The notes: generated from the sequence alone by a model not told the origin. DNA of 64,000 nucleotides from Candidatus Gastranaerophilales bacterium (GCA_944325575.1 CALVAR010000009.1:7761-71760), one strand, 5' to 3'; positions 1 to 11,607 are shown, counted from the stretch's first letter. Numbers and translations are program-made.

Positions 1-2
1 CT

Positions 3-235
3 TTTGTTCCTAATGGATATTTACATATTATAATTACTTCTTATGATAGAAAACAATATTTATAGAGAATATTGATATTGTAAGAACAGCTTTTAAAAAC
101 ACAAAAACAATCTATGAATTTGAAATAATCGCAATATGTGTATTGCCTAATCATATTCATTTAATATTACATCCAAACAATATTGAACGATATCCGCAAA
201 TTATTTTTTCTATAAAACATTATTTTTCAAGAAAT
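3..235 (+). pseudogene. Decayed REP-associated tyrosine transposase (RAYT, IS200/IS605 TnpA-like Y1 HUH transposase). The 5' end is off-window, there is a frameshift near nt 57-65, and the 3' half is replaced by REP/repeat sequence.
   Basis: Frame 3 (nt 3-62) reads FVPNGYLHIIITSYDRKQYL and then hits TAG at 63-65. Frame 2 continues FIENIDIVRTAFKNTKTIYEFEIIAICVLPNHIHLILHPNNIERYPQIIFSIKHYFSRNVGQ. This is collinear with about residues 15-95 of the intact RAYT at 47596-48135 (VFITFVTYNRKNILIPNIDILRNCF..ITVLQNHCHMII..IKYHFSTN). The HUH motif is present (NHIHLIL); the C-terminal Tyr-motif half is absent. Confidence 0.7.
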
Positions 236-295
236 GTTGGGCAGGTATGCCCAACCGACCAGTTTAAGTCAGTAGGTTGGGCATACCTGCCCAAC
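236..295. repeat. REP doublet: two 20-nt palindromic hairpins in inverted orientation (REPIN-like)
   Basis: GTTGGGCA-GGTA-TGCCCAAC at 236-255 and GTTGGGCA-TACC-TGCCCAAC at 276-295. Each has a perfect 8-bp stem, and the loops are reverse complements of each other. The same hairpin recurs at 8922-8941 and 17051-17070. Confidence 0.75.
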
Positions 296-462
296 ACAGA
301 TGTATCCTGTCATTCTGAGGCATAAAATATGCATTGTTGTGGCATAAATATTGCTGTATTCAGAATCTTACCAGTCTGATATAAAAATCCAAAGCCGGTA
401 AGATCCTGAGCTCGCTTTGCTCCTCAGGATGACTACATTTTTACATAATACATATTATCAAT
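276..462 (+). mobile_element. Partial copy C (~187 bp) of the TIR-bounded hairpin-rich element, same orientation as copy A
   Basis: It aligns by eye to the reverse complement of 16895-17070, running from the REP hairpin through TCAGAATCTTACC..GGTAAGATCCTGAGCTCGCTTTGCTCCTCAGGATGAC to the terminal CATTTTTACATAATACATATTATCAAT. Confidence 0.7.
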
Positions 463-583
463 GTACAAATTTGTATTATTTTACATTTTTGTAATTATGC
501 CTGTCAAGTATTTTTAATTATGTAATATAAGTATTTGCTATTTTAAAATAATAGTAAATAATGAAATTAAGGAGAATTTTGTA

Positions 584-823
584 TTGATTAATAATAACAA
601 TAAAATACTGCAAAACCTTAAAGATGCTGATTGTTCGTCTGATTTGATAAAAGCCTTTTTTGATTTTGAACAGGACGGAAAAATTTTTGAACAAATTAAA
701 TTATTAAAAAAGCACAAAGCCGAATTGTTGGACAATTTGCACAAATACCAAAAACAGATAGATTGTTTGGATTTTTTAATTTTTAATCTCGAACAATCAA
801 AACAAATTAAAGGAGCAAAATAA
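584..823 (+). CDS. Small helical hypothetical protein (79 aa)
   Basis: ORF with GGAG-type RBS (aaggagaattttgta). Its stop overlaps the next start (TAATG at 821-825). I recognise no family with confidence. Confidence 0.5.
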   Translation: MINNNNKILQNLKDADCSSDLIKAFFDFEQDGKIFEQIKLLKKHKAELLDNLHKYQKQIDCLDFLIFNLEQSKQIKGAK

Positions 824-1698
824 TGGACATATTAAAAGTAACAACCCCCAGAGGACTTGAACTAAAAGGTGCAATATTCGGAAACAACAGTAATGATACA
901 GTACTTATTATGCTTACAGGGATATGCTCCAATGTATTTCAAAACGAACTTTTATACACAACAGGCAAATTATTGAGTGAAAACGGTATTACGTGTATCA
1001 TCGCCCACGCACATGATTCTTTTTCATGTTTTGCATACAGTGATTTTTCTACCGGCAAACAAAGACATGCCGGAACTTTCAACGATGATTTTAATATGGT
1101 ATACGAAGATGTTGAAACTTACGTTAAATACGCAAGAGAAATGGGCTTTGAAAATATAATCCTTGCCGGTCACTCGCTTGGTTCCAACAAAATTATTCAT
1201 TACCTCGGAAACACGCCTGATAATTTTGTGGACTATTTTATTGTGTCTTCACCGGTAGATATTATGCACTGGTGGACTGTTATGCCAAACATTGACAGCT
1301 GTTTTACAATGGCAAAAAATTGGGTTGAAGAGGGTAGAGGCGATGACATTTTACCGTTTTTATTCGGTGGATTTTCTCCAATGACGGCAAATACTGTACT
1401 TGGATTTTATAATGCGGATAATCTCAAGAACTGTCCTGTTTTAAGCGGTCAGGGAGAGACGAATTCGCTGTATAACATAAAACCGAACGGTTCTTTTGTT
1501 ATAGGTTCAAGGGATTCTGTTACAGGCGAGAGCCCCAAAAGATTTATGGAAACGCTTAATTCCTGGACAAGAGACCCCAAACATAATCAGGTGATAGAAG
1601 TAGAAAACGCTTCTCATATTTTTTTCGGCAAACACAAAGAGTATGCAGATACAATAATGGGTTGTATCGAACACTACAAATCTTTATGTGCTGTTTAA
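823..1698 (+). CDS. Alpha/beta-fold hydrolase
   Basis: Nucleophile elbow GHSLGSN (GxSxG), a length and hydrophobic beta-strand pattern typical of the fold, and a C-terminal His in NASHIFF. Confidence 0.75.
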   Translation: MDILKVTTPRGLELKGAIFGNNSNDTVLIMLTGICSNVFQNELLYTTGKLLSENGITCIIAHAHDSFSCFAYSDFSTGKQRHAGTFNDDFNMVYEDVETYVKYAREMGFENIILAGHSLGSNKIIHYLGNTPDNFVDYFIVSSPVDIMHWWTVMPNIDSCFTMAKNWVEEGRGDDILPFLFGGFSPMTANTVLGFYNADNLKNCPVLSGQGETNSLYNIKPNGSFVIGSRDSVTGESPKRFMETLNSWTRDPKHNQVIEVENASHIFFGKHKEYADTIMGCIEHYKSLCAV

Positions 1699-1742
1699 AA
1701 AATATTTTATAAATATACGTCATTTGCAGTTATAATATATGT

Positions 1743-2150
1743 ATGTTTTCAGACAGCGATATAAGTGAAATAAAAGAACAATCAATCAGATATATAATAA
1801 CAGGCGTATGGAATACTGTATTCGGCATTCTTGTTTACGCTTTATTAATAAAACTTTTGGGTGAAAATCATTACATATTGCTCGCTGTTGTATCAAATAT
1901 TATAAGCATTACAAACGCTTATATCTGTTATAAATTGTTTGTATTTAAGACAAAAGGCAATATTCTCAAAGAATATTTAAAGTGTTATGTCGTGTACGGA
2001 CTTTCGATGCTTCTCGGGCTGCTTCTTTTATATGTTTTGGTTGATATTGCCGGACTTAATCCGGTTATAGCAAATGTTATTTCCGTACTTTTGCTTACAA
2101 TCGTAAGTTTTATCGGACACAGATATTACTCATTTAAAAATAAAAGCTAA
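1743..2150 (+). CDS. GtrA-family membrane protein (polysaccharide synthesis associated)
   Basis: 135 aa with four hydrophobic helices. It carries the N-terminal RYIITGVWNTVFG and C-terminal SFIGHRYYSFK signatures typical of GtrA-like proteins. Confidence 0.6.
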   Translation: MFSDSDISEIKEQSIRYIITGVWNTVFGILVYALLIKLLGENHYILLAVVSNIISITNAYICYKLFVFKTKGNILKEYLKCYVVYGLSMLLGLLLLYVLVDIAGLNPVIANVISVLLLTIVSFIGHRYYSFKNKS

Positions 2151-3079
2151 AGCGTAGACAAAGAATTTTTTTCGTCCATAGCTGATATTATTTCGCAGCA
2201 AATATCGTTATAAGGTGTAGGGATATTGTGTTTTTTGCCGAGTTCAGAAAGATATCCTGCAAATATTTCGACCTCTGTTTTTCTTTTTGCCTCTATATCC
2301 TGAAGCATAGATGTTTTTGTCTCGGGCAGCATTGTTTTTATAACCTCTAAAACTTCCGGAATTAACTTTTCGGTATTTTTGACACCTTCCGCCTGTGCAA
2401 TCAACACAGCTTCTTGCATAAGTTTGATTGCAATATCATTAACTTTTTTGCTGCGCTGAAAATCTCCGTAGGAAGCGCCTAATAACGCCGATGCCTGATT
2501 GTATCCGACATTAACAAGGAATTTCCACCACATGGAATATTGCATGTCCTCAGGAATCGAATACGGAATTCCTGTTTTGTCAAAGAAATTTGCCACGGTT
2601 AAAACTTTATCGGATTTTTTTAAATTATTTTTTTCTCCGAAAACAGTATTGTATACTCCGTCATGTTTTATGTTTCTGCCTATTCTCGTACTTGTATGTC
2701 CAATGTAATAGGAATACAGGACTTTATCCTGACCGTATACATTTGAAATTTCTTCTTCGCTTTTTATGCCGTTTAACAGGGATAAAATTATAGTATCAGG
2801 AGCAACAAAATTCTTTATTTCCGATAAGGCAGACTCTAATCCCGAATTTTTAGTTGCTAAGATAATTAGATCAGCTTGAATGGTATTGTCTTGCGGTGTA
2901 ACAAATACAAAATCCAACTCTTTTCCATTAAAAAGAGTCGGATTTTGTGTATATTTATTTATTCGTTCTTTATCAGCAAGAATCTTAAGATTTACATCTT
3001 TTGTCTCTGAAATTTTTGCTGCATATATGGTGCCTATAGCACCTAGTCCGCAAATAACTACATTTTTGATTTCTTTCAT
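2147..3079 (-). CDS. panE: 2-dehydropantoate 2-reductase (ketopantoate reductase)
   Basis: N-terminal Rossmann motif VVICGLGAIGTIYA, LNGI motif, and C-terminal KTSMLQDIEAKRKTEVE typical of the PanE/ApbA family. Confidence 0.85.
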   Translation of the reverse strand: MKEIKNVVICGLGAIGTIYAAKISETKDVNLKILADKERINKYTQNPTLFNGKELDFVFVTPQDNTIQADLIILATKNSGLESALSEIKNFVAPDTIILSLLNGIKSEEEISNVYGQDKVLYSYYIGHTSTRIGRNIKHDGVYNTVFGEKNNLKKSDKVLTVANFFDKTGIPYSIPEDMQYSMWWKFLVNVGYNQASALLGASYGDFQRSKKVNDIAIKLMQEAVLIAQAEGVKNTEKLIPEVLEVIKTMLPETKTSMLQDIEAKRKTEVEIFAGYLSELGKKHNIPTPYNDICCEIISAMDEKNSLSTL

Positions 3080-3083
3080 ATAA

Positions 3084-3833
3084 CTATTTTATTGTAAAAG
3101 TAGCATTTACAACAGCATTAATTTTTTTGTTTTTAGCTCTTGTATCATAGATACCGTAATCAGACACATCTGTTGAATTTTTGGCAACTATCTGGAACAC
3201 ACCCATTTTAGCTGAATTCATAACACCTATATTTCCGCCTGTGCTTTTTACCATGCTCTGAGCTCTTTGTTTTGCATCTTTTGTTGCTTCAGCAAGCATT
3301 TTTACCTTTAACTCATTCAAGTTTGATACATAGTATTCAACGGTGTTTGATGTTAATTCAACATTCTTATCAACCAGTTTAACAACATCCTGTGATATTT
3401 TTGTTACAGCATCCACATCCGAAGATGAAACTTCTACATTCTGTGAAAGTCGGTATCCGTCAATAGTGTTTGAATCATAGCCGTTTGCTAGCTTTTTGTA
3501 AACAGGGTACGAAGAAACAGGCGTGAATTTTATATCTTCTTCTTTCATACCGCTTGAAATCAAAAACTCTTTTACATTTTTCTGGTCAGTATTGATTTTT
3601 GCATAACCTGATTTTAAATCATTGCTCCTAACTTCGTAATATGCTCTCCAGACAGCAAGGTCTGAAGAAATTTCTTGAGAAGCTGATCCGGTAACTGTTA
3701 TTGTCTGATTTTGCAATTTCTGGTAAGAAACAATAGCATTTGCAAGAATAAATGTTGAAATCATTGCGCCGAGTGCAATTACAATACCAAGCAGAATTAT
3801 CTGATAGTCCTTGATTTCTTTAATGTCTTTCAT
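3084..3833 (-). CDS. SIMPL-domain (DUF541) protein with N-terminal membrane anchor
   Basis: One N-terminal TM helix. The body shows the SIMPL pattern (ITVTGSAS..., AKQRAQSM..., GVFQI, NATFTI at the C-terminus). Confidence 0.6.
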   Translation of the reverse strand: MKDIKEIKDYQIILLGIVIALGAMISTFILANAIVSYQKLQNQTITVTGSASQEISSDLAVWRAYYEVRSNDLKSGYAKINTDQKNVKEFLISSGMKEEDIKFTPVSSYPVYKKLANGYDSNTIDGYRLSQNVEVSSSDVDAVTKISQDVVKLVDKNVELTSNTVEYYVSNLNELKVKMLAEATKDAKQRAQSMVKSTGGNIGVMNSAKMGVFQIVAKNSTDVSDYGIYDTRAKNKKINAVVNATFTIK

Positions 3834-3903
3834 TTTAAACTCCCTGAAATATTAACTTCAAATAAGTATAATATATTTTCTAAATTTTTGCTATTATTAT
3901 TTT

Positions 3904-4245
3904 ATGTTTAGACAAATTGTACCGATAATATTACTAACAATATCAAATATATTTATGACATTTGCATGGTACGGGCATTTGAAGTATAAAAATGCCGCGT
4001 TATGGCTTGTTATACTGGTAAGCTGGGGGATTGCATTTTTTGAATACTGTTTTCAGGTACCGGCAAACAGAATCGGATACGGATATTATGATGCCGCACA
4101 TTTAAAAACAATACAAGAAGTAATTACTCTTGTTGTATTCTGCGGATTTTCAGTGTTTTATTTAAAAGAAGAACTCAAATGGAATTATATAGTAGGATTC
4201 TTATTTATAATACTTGCAGTATTTTTTATATTTAAAAAGTGGTAA
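3904..4245 (+). CDS. DMT-superfamily small membrane protein (DUF486 family)
   Basis: SNIFMTFAWYGHLKYK, WGIAFFEYCFQVPANRIGYG and LKTIQEVITLVVF match the conserved blocks of DUF486 as I remember them. Confidence 0.75.
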   Translation: MFRQIVPIILLTISNIFMTFAWYGHLKYKNAALWLVILVSWGIAFFEYCFQVPANRIGYGYYDAAHLKTIQEVITLVVFCGFSVFYLKEELKWNYIVGFLFIILAVFFIFKKW

Positions 4246-4289
4246 ATTTCCTTTCGAAACTTACCACTTTATTAGTTATTCAAAAAGAA

Positions 4290-4913
4290 TTACTTTGCTT
4301 GTTTGTCATGACACGGACATTTGCAGTCAGCAGGTTCTTCCTTACCGGCATTTTGTTCATGGCAGCCGCATTGGCATTGAGGCGGACACATAGGTTTTGC
4401 ACAAGGTCCCATCGGTCCTTTAGGGCCGAATTTCGGTCCGCATGGTCCCATTGGAGGTGCCATTTTATCCATTTCTTCTTTTACTTCTGTTTTAATTTTT
4501 TCAAGCTCTGCCTTTTGCTCTTCTGTCAAGACAGACTCAAATTTTTGCATGCTTTGCTTTCTGATCTCTCTTTCTTTAGCAAAGAGTTCTTCCATTTTTT
4601 TCTGTTCTTTTTTAATTTTTTCTCTATATGGAGCTAAGGCTTTTTTCTCATCAGCTTTGATTTTTTCAAGCTGAGCCTTTTGTGATTCTGTCAGATTGAG
4701 TCTGTCTTCAAACTCAGCTTTTTTCTGTTCTCTCATTTTTGCATGTTCTTCAGGACTCAAAGGTTTTTTGCATTCTTTCATCGGTGCGGGTTGTCCGTCT
4801 TTGTCACATGGACCTTTTGCCGGACAATTTGCCATTGCAGGTACTGCAATCATTGCGCTGAGTGACAATGCCATTGTTCCTGTCAACACTGCTGATAATA
4901 ATGTTTTTTTCAT
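4290..4913 (-). CDS. Secreted LTXXQ-motif (Spy/CpxP/ZraP-like) periplasmic protein with Cys/Met/His-rich termini
   Basis: Signal peptide ending AMA. Two LTXXQ motifs (LTESQKAQL, LTEEQKAEL) lie in a K/E-rich helical core. There are 12 Cys residues: CPAKGPC and KEC at the N-terminus, and PPMGPCGPKFGPKGPMGPCAKPMCPPQCQCGCHE..DCKCPCHD at the C-terminus. Confidence 0.7.
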   Translation of the reverse strand: MKKTLLSAVLTGTMALSLSAMIAVPAMANCPAKGPCDKDGQPAPMKECKKPLSPEEHAKMREQKKAEFEDRLNLTESQKAQLEKIKADEKKALAPYREKIKKEQKKMEELFAKEREIRKQSMQKFESVLTEEQKAELEKIKTEVKEEMDKMAPPMGPCGPKFGPKGPMGPCAKPMCPPQCQCGCHEQNAGKEEPADCKCPCHDKQAK

Positions 4914-5146
4914 TTAATTCTCCTTTTCTTCCATAATACTCAAATTCTGCATTTTTTATTAAGTTTCTTTACATAAAAAAATTTTTTCCTAAAATGCCGA
5001 ATTTTGGTATTAACATTAAGTATAATTATCTTTTTGCATCTGTCAATGACTCTTAAATGGCATCTTTTACTTATATGTAATAATTTCGCTGTATTGCAGG
5101 TAATAATTAGTGTTAAAGATACACTGATAATTTTTTCAAATAAATA

Positions 5147-5161
5147 TACCCATGTGGGTTA
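5147..5161. promoter_or_regulatory. Candidate response-regulator operator (imperfect inverted repeat)
   Basis: TACCCA-TG-TGGGTT(A), about 75-90 bp upstream of the response-regulator start. The left half equals a NarL-type TACCCAT heptamer. A single occurrence, so weak evidence. Confidence 0.25.
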
Positions 5162-5234
5162 TATATTTTAAACAGTGCGCCTAATATAGTAGATAATTAT
5201 TATATTACTAATTTAATAATAAGGAGTTTAGATT

Positions 5235-5912
5235 TTGGAAAATGCAAAAAGAATTTCAGTATACATAGTAGAAAATTATAAATTAGTCAGAAAATCGCTT
5301 ACACACGTAATTGAAAAATCTTTAGATTTTGAAATACTGGGATGCTTTGAAACTGCAGAAGAATTTTCGAAAGTATTTAATACCAGAAAATCTGATATTG
5401 TGATTATGGATATGAGGACAGGAGAAACAAACGGATTGATGGCAGCTAAATATGTCAAAGAAATCTCACCGGAAACAAAGGTTGTAATCCTTTCCTCCCA
5501 TAAAAATGACGATGAAGTGATTGCGGCACTTGCTTTGGGTGCCAATGCCTATTGTTTAAAAGATATCGAGACTCCATCTTTGTTCAAAGTATTAAAAGAA
5601 GTTTATAAAGGAGCACTGCGGGTGCAGCCAAATGTTGCAGGTGCAGCAAATAATTTTGATGCAAAATCTGATATGTCTAATAACCTGAACCATCTTTATA
5701 CTAAAATCTCTGATGACTATAATCTTACACAAATAGAACAACAGATTATTAAATATATTGTTGATGGCAAAACGGATTTTGAAATTTCTAAGCTGATGAA
5801 TATAAGCCAACATACTGCAAAAGTTTATGTAAAAAATGTCTTGACAAAATTATCAGTGAATGACAGGGTACAGGCCTCACTAAAAGCGGCAAAGGCAAAA
5901 ATAATTCAATAG
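5235..5912 (+). CDS. Two-component response regulator, NarL/FixJ class (REC + LuxR-type HTH)
   Basis: Receiver domain with DIVIMDM phospho-acceptor region and KVVILSSH. C-terminal LTQIEQQIIKYIVDGKTDFEISKLMNISQHTAKVYVKNVLTKL is a GerE/LuxR HTH. TTG start 8 nt after AAGGAG. Confidence 0.85.
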   Translation: MENAKRISVYIVENYKLVRKSLTHVIEKSLDFEILGCFETAEEFSKVFNTRKSDIVIMDMRTGETNGLMAAKYVKEISPETKVVILSSHKNDDEVIAALALGANAYCLKDIETPSLFKVLKEVYKGALRVQPNVAGAANNFDAKSDMSNNLNHLYTKISDDYNLTQIEQQIIKYIVDGKTDFEISKLMNISQHTAKVYVKNVLTKLSVNDRVQASLKAAKAKIIQ

Positions 5913-5921
5913 GAGAATATT

Positions 5922-7571
5922 GTGTTAACCAAAAGAGTGTGCGGAAAAATACTATTTTACTTTTTATTCTTAATATTTATTACTTTTTTAATTAATTGTC
6001 CTAAAATCAACCTGTCTTCAAAAGACGCTGTAATTATATCACTTTTTGTATTCTGGATTCATTCTTTGATTGATAAAAAATATCTTTTAAACAAGTTGTC
6101 TCAAAAATTCAATAATCAAAAATCGCTTATTAACAATTTATTTATAAACTGTCCGAATCTTATATATCTAAAGGACAAAAATTTTAATTACATAGACTGC
6201 AACCCTCAAATGAAGAAATTAATATGTGTGGACGGGCAAAGTAACATTTCAGGAAAAAACGATTTTGATGTATTTCCTTCCGATGTCGCAGAAACGCTAA
6301 GACAGTATGATAAAAAAGTTATTGAAAAAGGAGAGGTCGTCTCGTATAAAATAGAAAAAAAGCTTTTCACCGGTGAGACAAAAATTTATGATACTCTTCT
6401 TGCACCGACAATGAACAAAGACAAAATATCCGGAGTGCTTGGAATAATGAGAGATATAACACAAACAGAAGCACTTAGGGAAAAATATATTATCAAAAAC
6501 GCCCAGCTAAACAGCATACTTGATAATGTACCATTTGTAATTTATCTGAAAGATATTGAAGGAAGAGTAATAGCCTGCAATAAAATTCTCGAAAATTACA
6601 TAAACCAGCCTGTCAAAAATGTTATAGGCACAAATCTTTCTGACACATTCTTAAAAGATATTTCTGACAAAATAAAAAAAGAAGATGCACAAATAATAAA
6701 AAATAAGCAGAAAATATCATACGAATCAAATTTAAATATTTACGGTAAGGAAAAAGCCTGGTATTCCGTGTCAAAATCTCCTATTTTTAATGACAGGAAT
6801 GAAGTTATCGGGATAATAGTCTATTTTATAAATATCGATGATGAAAAAAAGCTTCAGGCAAGGAAAGAGACATTTGTTGCAACACTTACTCATGATTTAA
6901 AAACTCCTACAACTGCACAGATGAATGCAATGAAGCTGCTTCTTGACGGTTCATTAGGTTCTCTAAATCCACAGCAAAAAGAAATGGTAGAGTTGACGCT
7001 TAATTCAAATATTTATATGTCCAATATGATTTCAACCATTCTTGCCACATACAAATCAGAAAGCGGTGAGGTTGTACTAAAACCTGAAGAATTTGATATT
7101 ACGGAGCTAATCAGCTCAACCTGCAAAGAAATATGCAATCTTGCACGGACAAAGGAACAAAATATTATAGTTAAGTCTTCCATAGATAACCCGTATGTAA
7201 CTGCAGATAAACTACAGATAAAAAGAGCCGTTGTAAATCTGATTTCCAACGCTATTACTTACGGCTTTGACAAAACTGATATTGAGGTAGTATTGAGAGA
7301 AGAAGACGACAGGATATTTTTAGATGTTCTAAACCATTGCAGATATATTCCGCCTGAAAGAATGAAGGAAATTTTTCTTAAATACAAATCCAGTGAAAAC
7401 GCAAAATTTAACAAAGCAAGCACAGGACTTGGACTGTACTTATCAAAACAAATTATAAATGCACACTCAGGAGAAATACATGCAAACAGCTATGAAAACC
7501 AAACCTGTGTGTTTGGCTTTAGCATACCTAAAGTTCATAAATCCATTGCAGAAGAAACAGGAGTTAATTAA
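5922..7571 (+). CDS. Sensor histidine kinase with two PAS-like domains
   Basis: N-terminal TM helices and two PAS-like segments. H-box FVATLTHDLKTPTTA; ATPase N-box VNLISNAITYG and G-box STGLGLYLSKQII. GTG start after AGGAG. Confidence 0.85.
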   Translation: MLTKRVCGKILFYFLFLIFITFLINCPKINLSSKDAVIISLFVFWIHSLIDKKYLLNKLSQKFNNQKSLINNLFINCPNLIYLKDKNFNYIDCNPQMKKLICVDGQSNISGKNDFDVFPSDVAETLRQYDKKVIEKGEVVSYKIEKKLFTGETKIYDTLLAPTMNKDKISGVLGIMRDITQTEALREKYIIKNAQLNSILDNVPFVIYLKDIEGRVIACNKILENYINQPVKNVIGTNLSDTFLKDISDKIKKEDAQIIKNKQKISYESNLNIYGKEKAWYSVSKSPIFNDRNEVIGIIVYFINIDDEKKLQARKETFVATLTHDLKTPTTAQMNAMKLLLDGSLGSLNPQQKEMVELTLNSNIYMSNMISTILATYKSESGEVVLKPEEFDITELISSTCKEICNLARTKEQNIIVKSSIDNPYVTADKLQIKRAVVNLISNAITYGFDKTDIEVVLREEDDRIFLDVLNHCRYIPPERMKEIFLKYKSSENAKFNKASTGLGLYLSKQIINAHSGEIHANSYENQTCVFGFSIPKVHKSIAEETGVN

Positions 7572-8160
7572 TTTGTGCAAGAATCTTATCCAGTCCTTTA
7601 AAATCAGAATGAATTGAGCAAAACACTTTTTGTATAGTATTTATTATCTCTTCTTTTTGCGGAACTTTATCACGATTGAAAGGTAAAAAATATAAATCCA
7701 TAGGCAGCGCACCATTTTCATTTGGATAAAAATACTTTATATCCAGTTTCTTTGCACTCATGGACTCATAAAATTTAATCCGTCTTATTGTATTTATATT
7801 TGTTTCATCAGGCTTTTCTACCTCAAGATAGATACCGTTAAAATCTTTAGCAAAATATTTTTTCAATTTTTCAAAAATCTTATGTCCGTAACCTCTGGAA
7901 TGATATTTTTTTAAAACAGCAATATAATCAAGCCATAAAGTTTTCTGTTCACAGTCCACAAATAAAATAAAATACCCAACAGCAGTATTTTCCGCCCAAG
8001 CAGAATATAAACGATATTTATCAGTTGACAATAAGTTCATAAAATTTTCAAAAGATTTCAGCTCTGTTTTTGGAAACTGCTCAAGCATATCTTTGTATAC
8101 TGTATTAAAAAAATCTTTGTTCTCCTTTTTTAAATCAATTTTTAAATCAATCATAGTCAA
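7564..8160 (-). CDS. GNAT-family N-acetyltransferase
   Basis: Acetyl-CoA binding block YIAVLKKYHSRGYGHKIFEKL (Q/RxxGxG/A-like), with size and strand pattern typical of GNAT. Confidence 0.7.
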   Translation of the reverse strand: MTMIDLKIDLKKENKDFFNTVYKDMLEQFPKTELKSFENFMNLLSTDKYRLYSAWAENTAVGYFILFVDCEQKTLWLDYIAVLKKYHSRGYGHKIFEKLKKYFAKDFNGIYLEVEKPDETNINTIRRIKFYESMSAKKLDIKYFYPNENGALPMDLYFLPFNRDKVPQKEEIINTIQKVFCSIHSDFKGLDKILAQIN

Positions 8161-8228
8161 TAAATCCTAAAAATAAGCAATATAAGTATTATATCAAAAT
8201 ATTCAGACAAATATGATATAATTTCTTT

Positions 8229-8618
8229 ATGGGGAGAAAAATATTTTTTACACTTTGTTTAATAATATTTTGCTGTGCTTTACATTTTGGAGATAAAGCC
8301 ATATCTGCATCAATGTTTGATGAAAACGGCTCATACTCCGGCAACTGGAAACAGATGACAAATGTATCATCATCATCTTCTTCAAGTAACAAATACAAAA
8401 GCAGTGATTATTCATCATCTGCATGGTATGCAAACAACAGAAAACAGCAAGCGCAAAAACAGAATACATCATTCTCAAATGAAAATTATACACAGACAAG
8501 TGCAGTGCCATTTAGATACAACACTCTTAACTATACAAGGATAAGAAAGGTCAAAGGCGGCTATGGCGATTATAATGCCAAGTGCTCTGACATTGGTGAT
8601 GTAAGCTTCTGCCACTAA
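8229..8618 (+). CDS. Hypothetical secreted Ser/Asn-rich protein
   Basis: Signal-peptide-like N-terminus MGRKIFFTLCLIIFCCALHFGDKAISA. The body is low-complexity and has no recognisable domain. Competing overlapping ORFs exist on the other strand. Confidence 0.35.
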   Translation: MGRKIFFTLCLIIFCCALHFGDKAISASMFDENGSYSGNWKQMTNVSSSSSSSNKYKSSDYSSSAWYANNRKQQAQKQNTSFSNENYTQTSAVPFRYNTLNYTRIRKVKGGYGDYNAKCSDIGDVSFCH

Positions 8619-8627
8619 GATATTTGT

Positions 8628-9037
8628 ATTGATAATATTTATTATGTAAAAATGAATATTTTGCATTCTAGAGCAGATATTTCATTTTTTCGTTCCAAGA
8701 ACTCTAAAAAATGATTAATTATCATTTTTTAGAGACTCTGCCGAATAAAAGCAACTAAATGTTGCTTTTATGAGAGGTGCTAAGTCAGATACGAAGTATC
8801 TGCGTGCCGTATAACATTGGCGGGTAGGATTTTAAGTCACTCTAAAATAAAATATCTGCTCTCTCGTTTTTTACTTAGGGAGGCATAAGGTGTTTGCTTC
8901 GGAGTGACTACGGCGCTGTCGGTTGGGCATACTTGCCCAACTCAAAAAATGTCATTCTGGTGAATTAAATATGCTTTGCTGCAAAAATATTGCTGTGTTC
9001 AGAATCTTACAAACTTGATGTGTTATCAAAAAGCCGG
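8628..9037 (-). mobile_element. Copy A of the hairpin-rich TIR element (about 410 bp, truncated at the gyrB-proximal end), inverted relative to copy B
   Basis: Reverse-complement alignment to 16955-17364. Positions 8672-8900 match the reverse complement of 17092-17320 with no mismatch (229 nt, checked by eye block by block). Flanks are about 85-90 percent identical. The terminal ATTGATAATATTTATTATGTAAAAATG is present; the last hairpin and second TIR are missing. Confidence 0.8.
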
Positions 9038-9142
9038 ATTAATATAAAAAAACTATTCTTTCTTTACAAAATAGCTCAATCTGCTTGTTTGTAGTACAAT
9101 ATTATTAAAGATAGAATTTTAGACTTAATTGGGGAAATATAA

Positions 9143-11587
<2,445 letters not shown>

Positions 11588-11607
11588 TTTTATGATTCTA
11601 TAACAAC

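Noticed and set aside
4239-4637. 132-aa plus-strand ORF rich in F/L/C/R
   Set aside because: It is the mirror image of the K/E-rich LTXXQ gene on the minus strand. It has no RBS and an implausible composition, while the minus-strand gene has a signal peptide and recognisable motifs.
8189-8666. Several overlapping 60-87-aa ORFs on both strands around the Ser-rich ORF
   Set aside because: They are mutually exclusive, of low complexity and lack RBSs. Only the plus-strand ORF with a signal-peptide-like N-terminus was kept, at low confidence.
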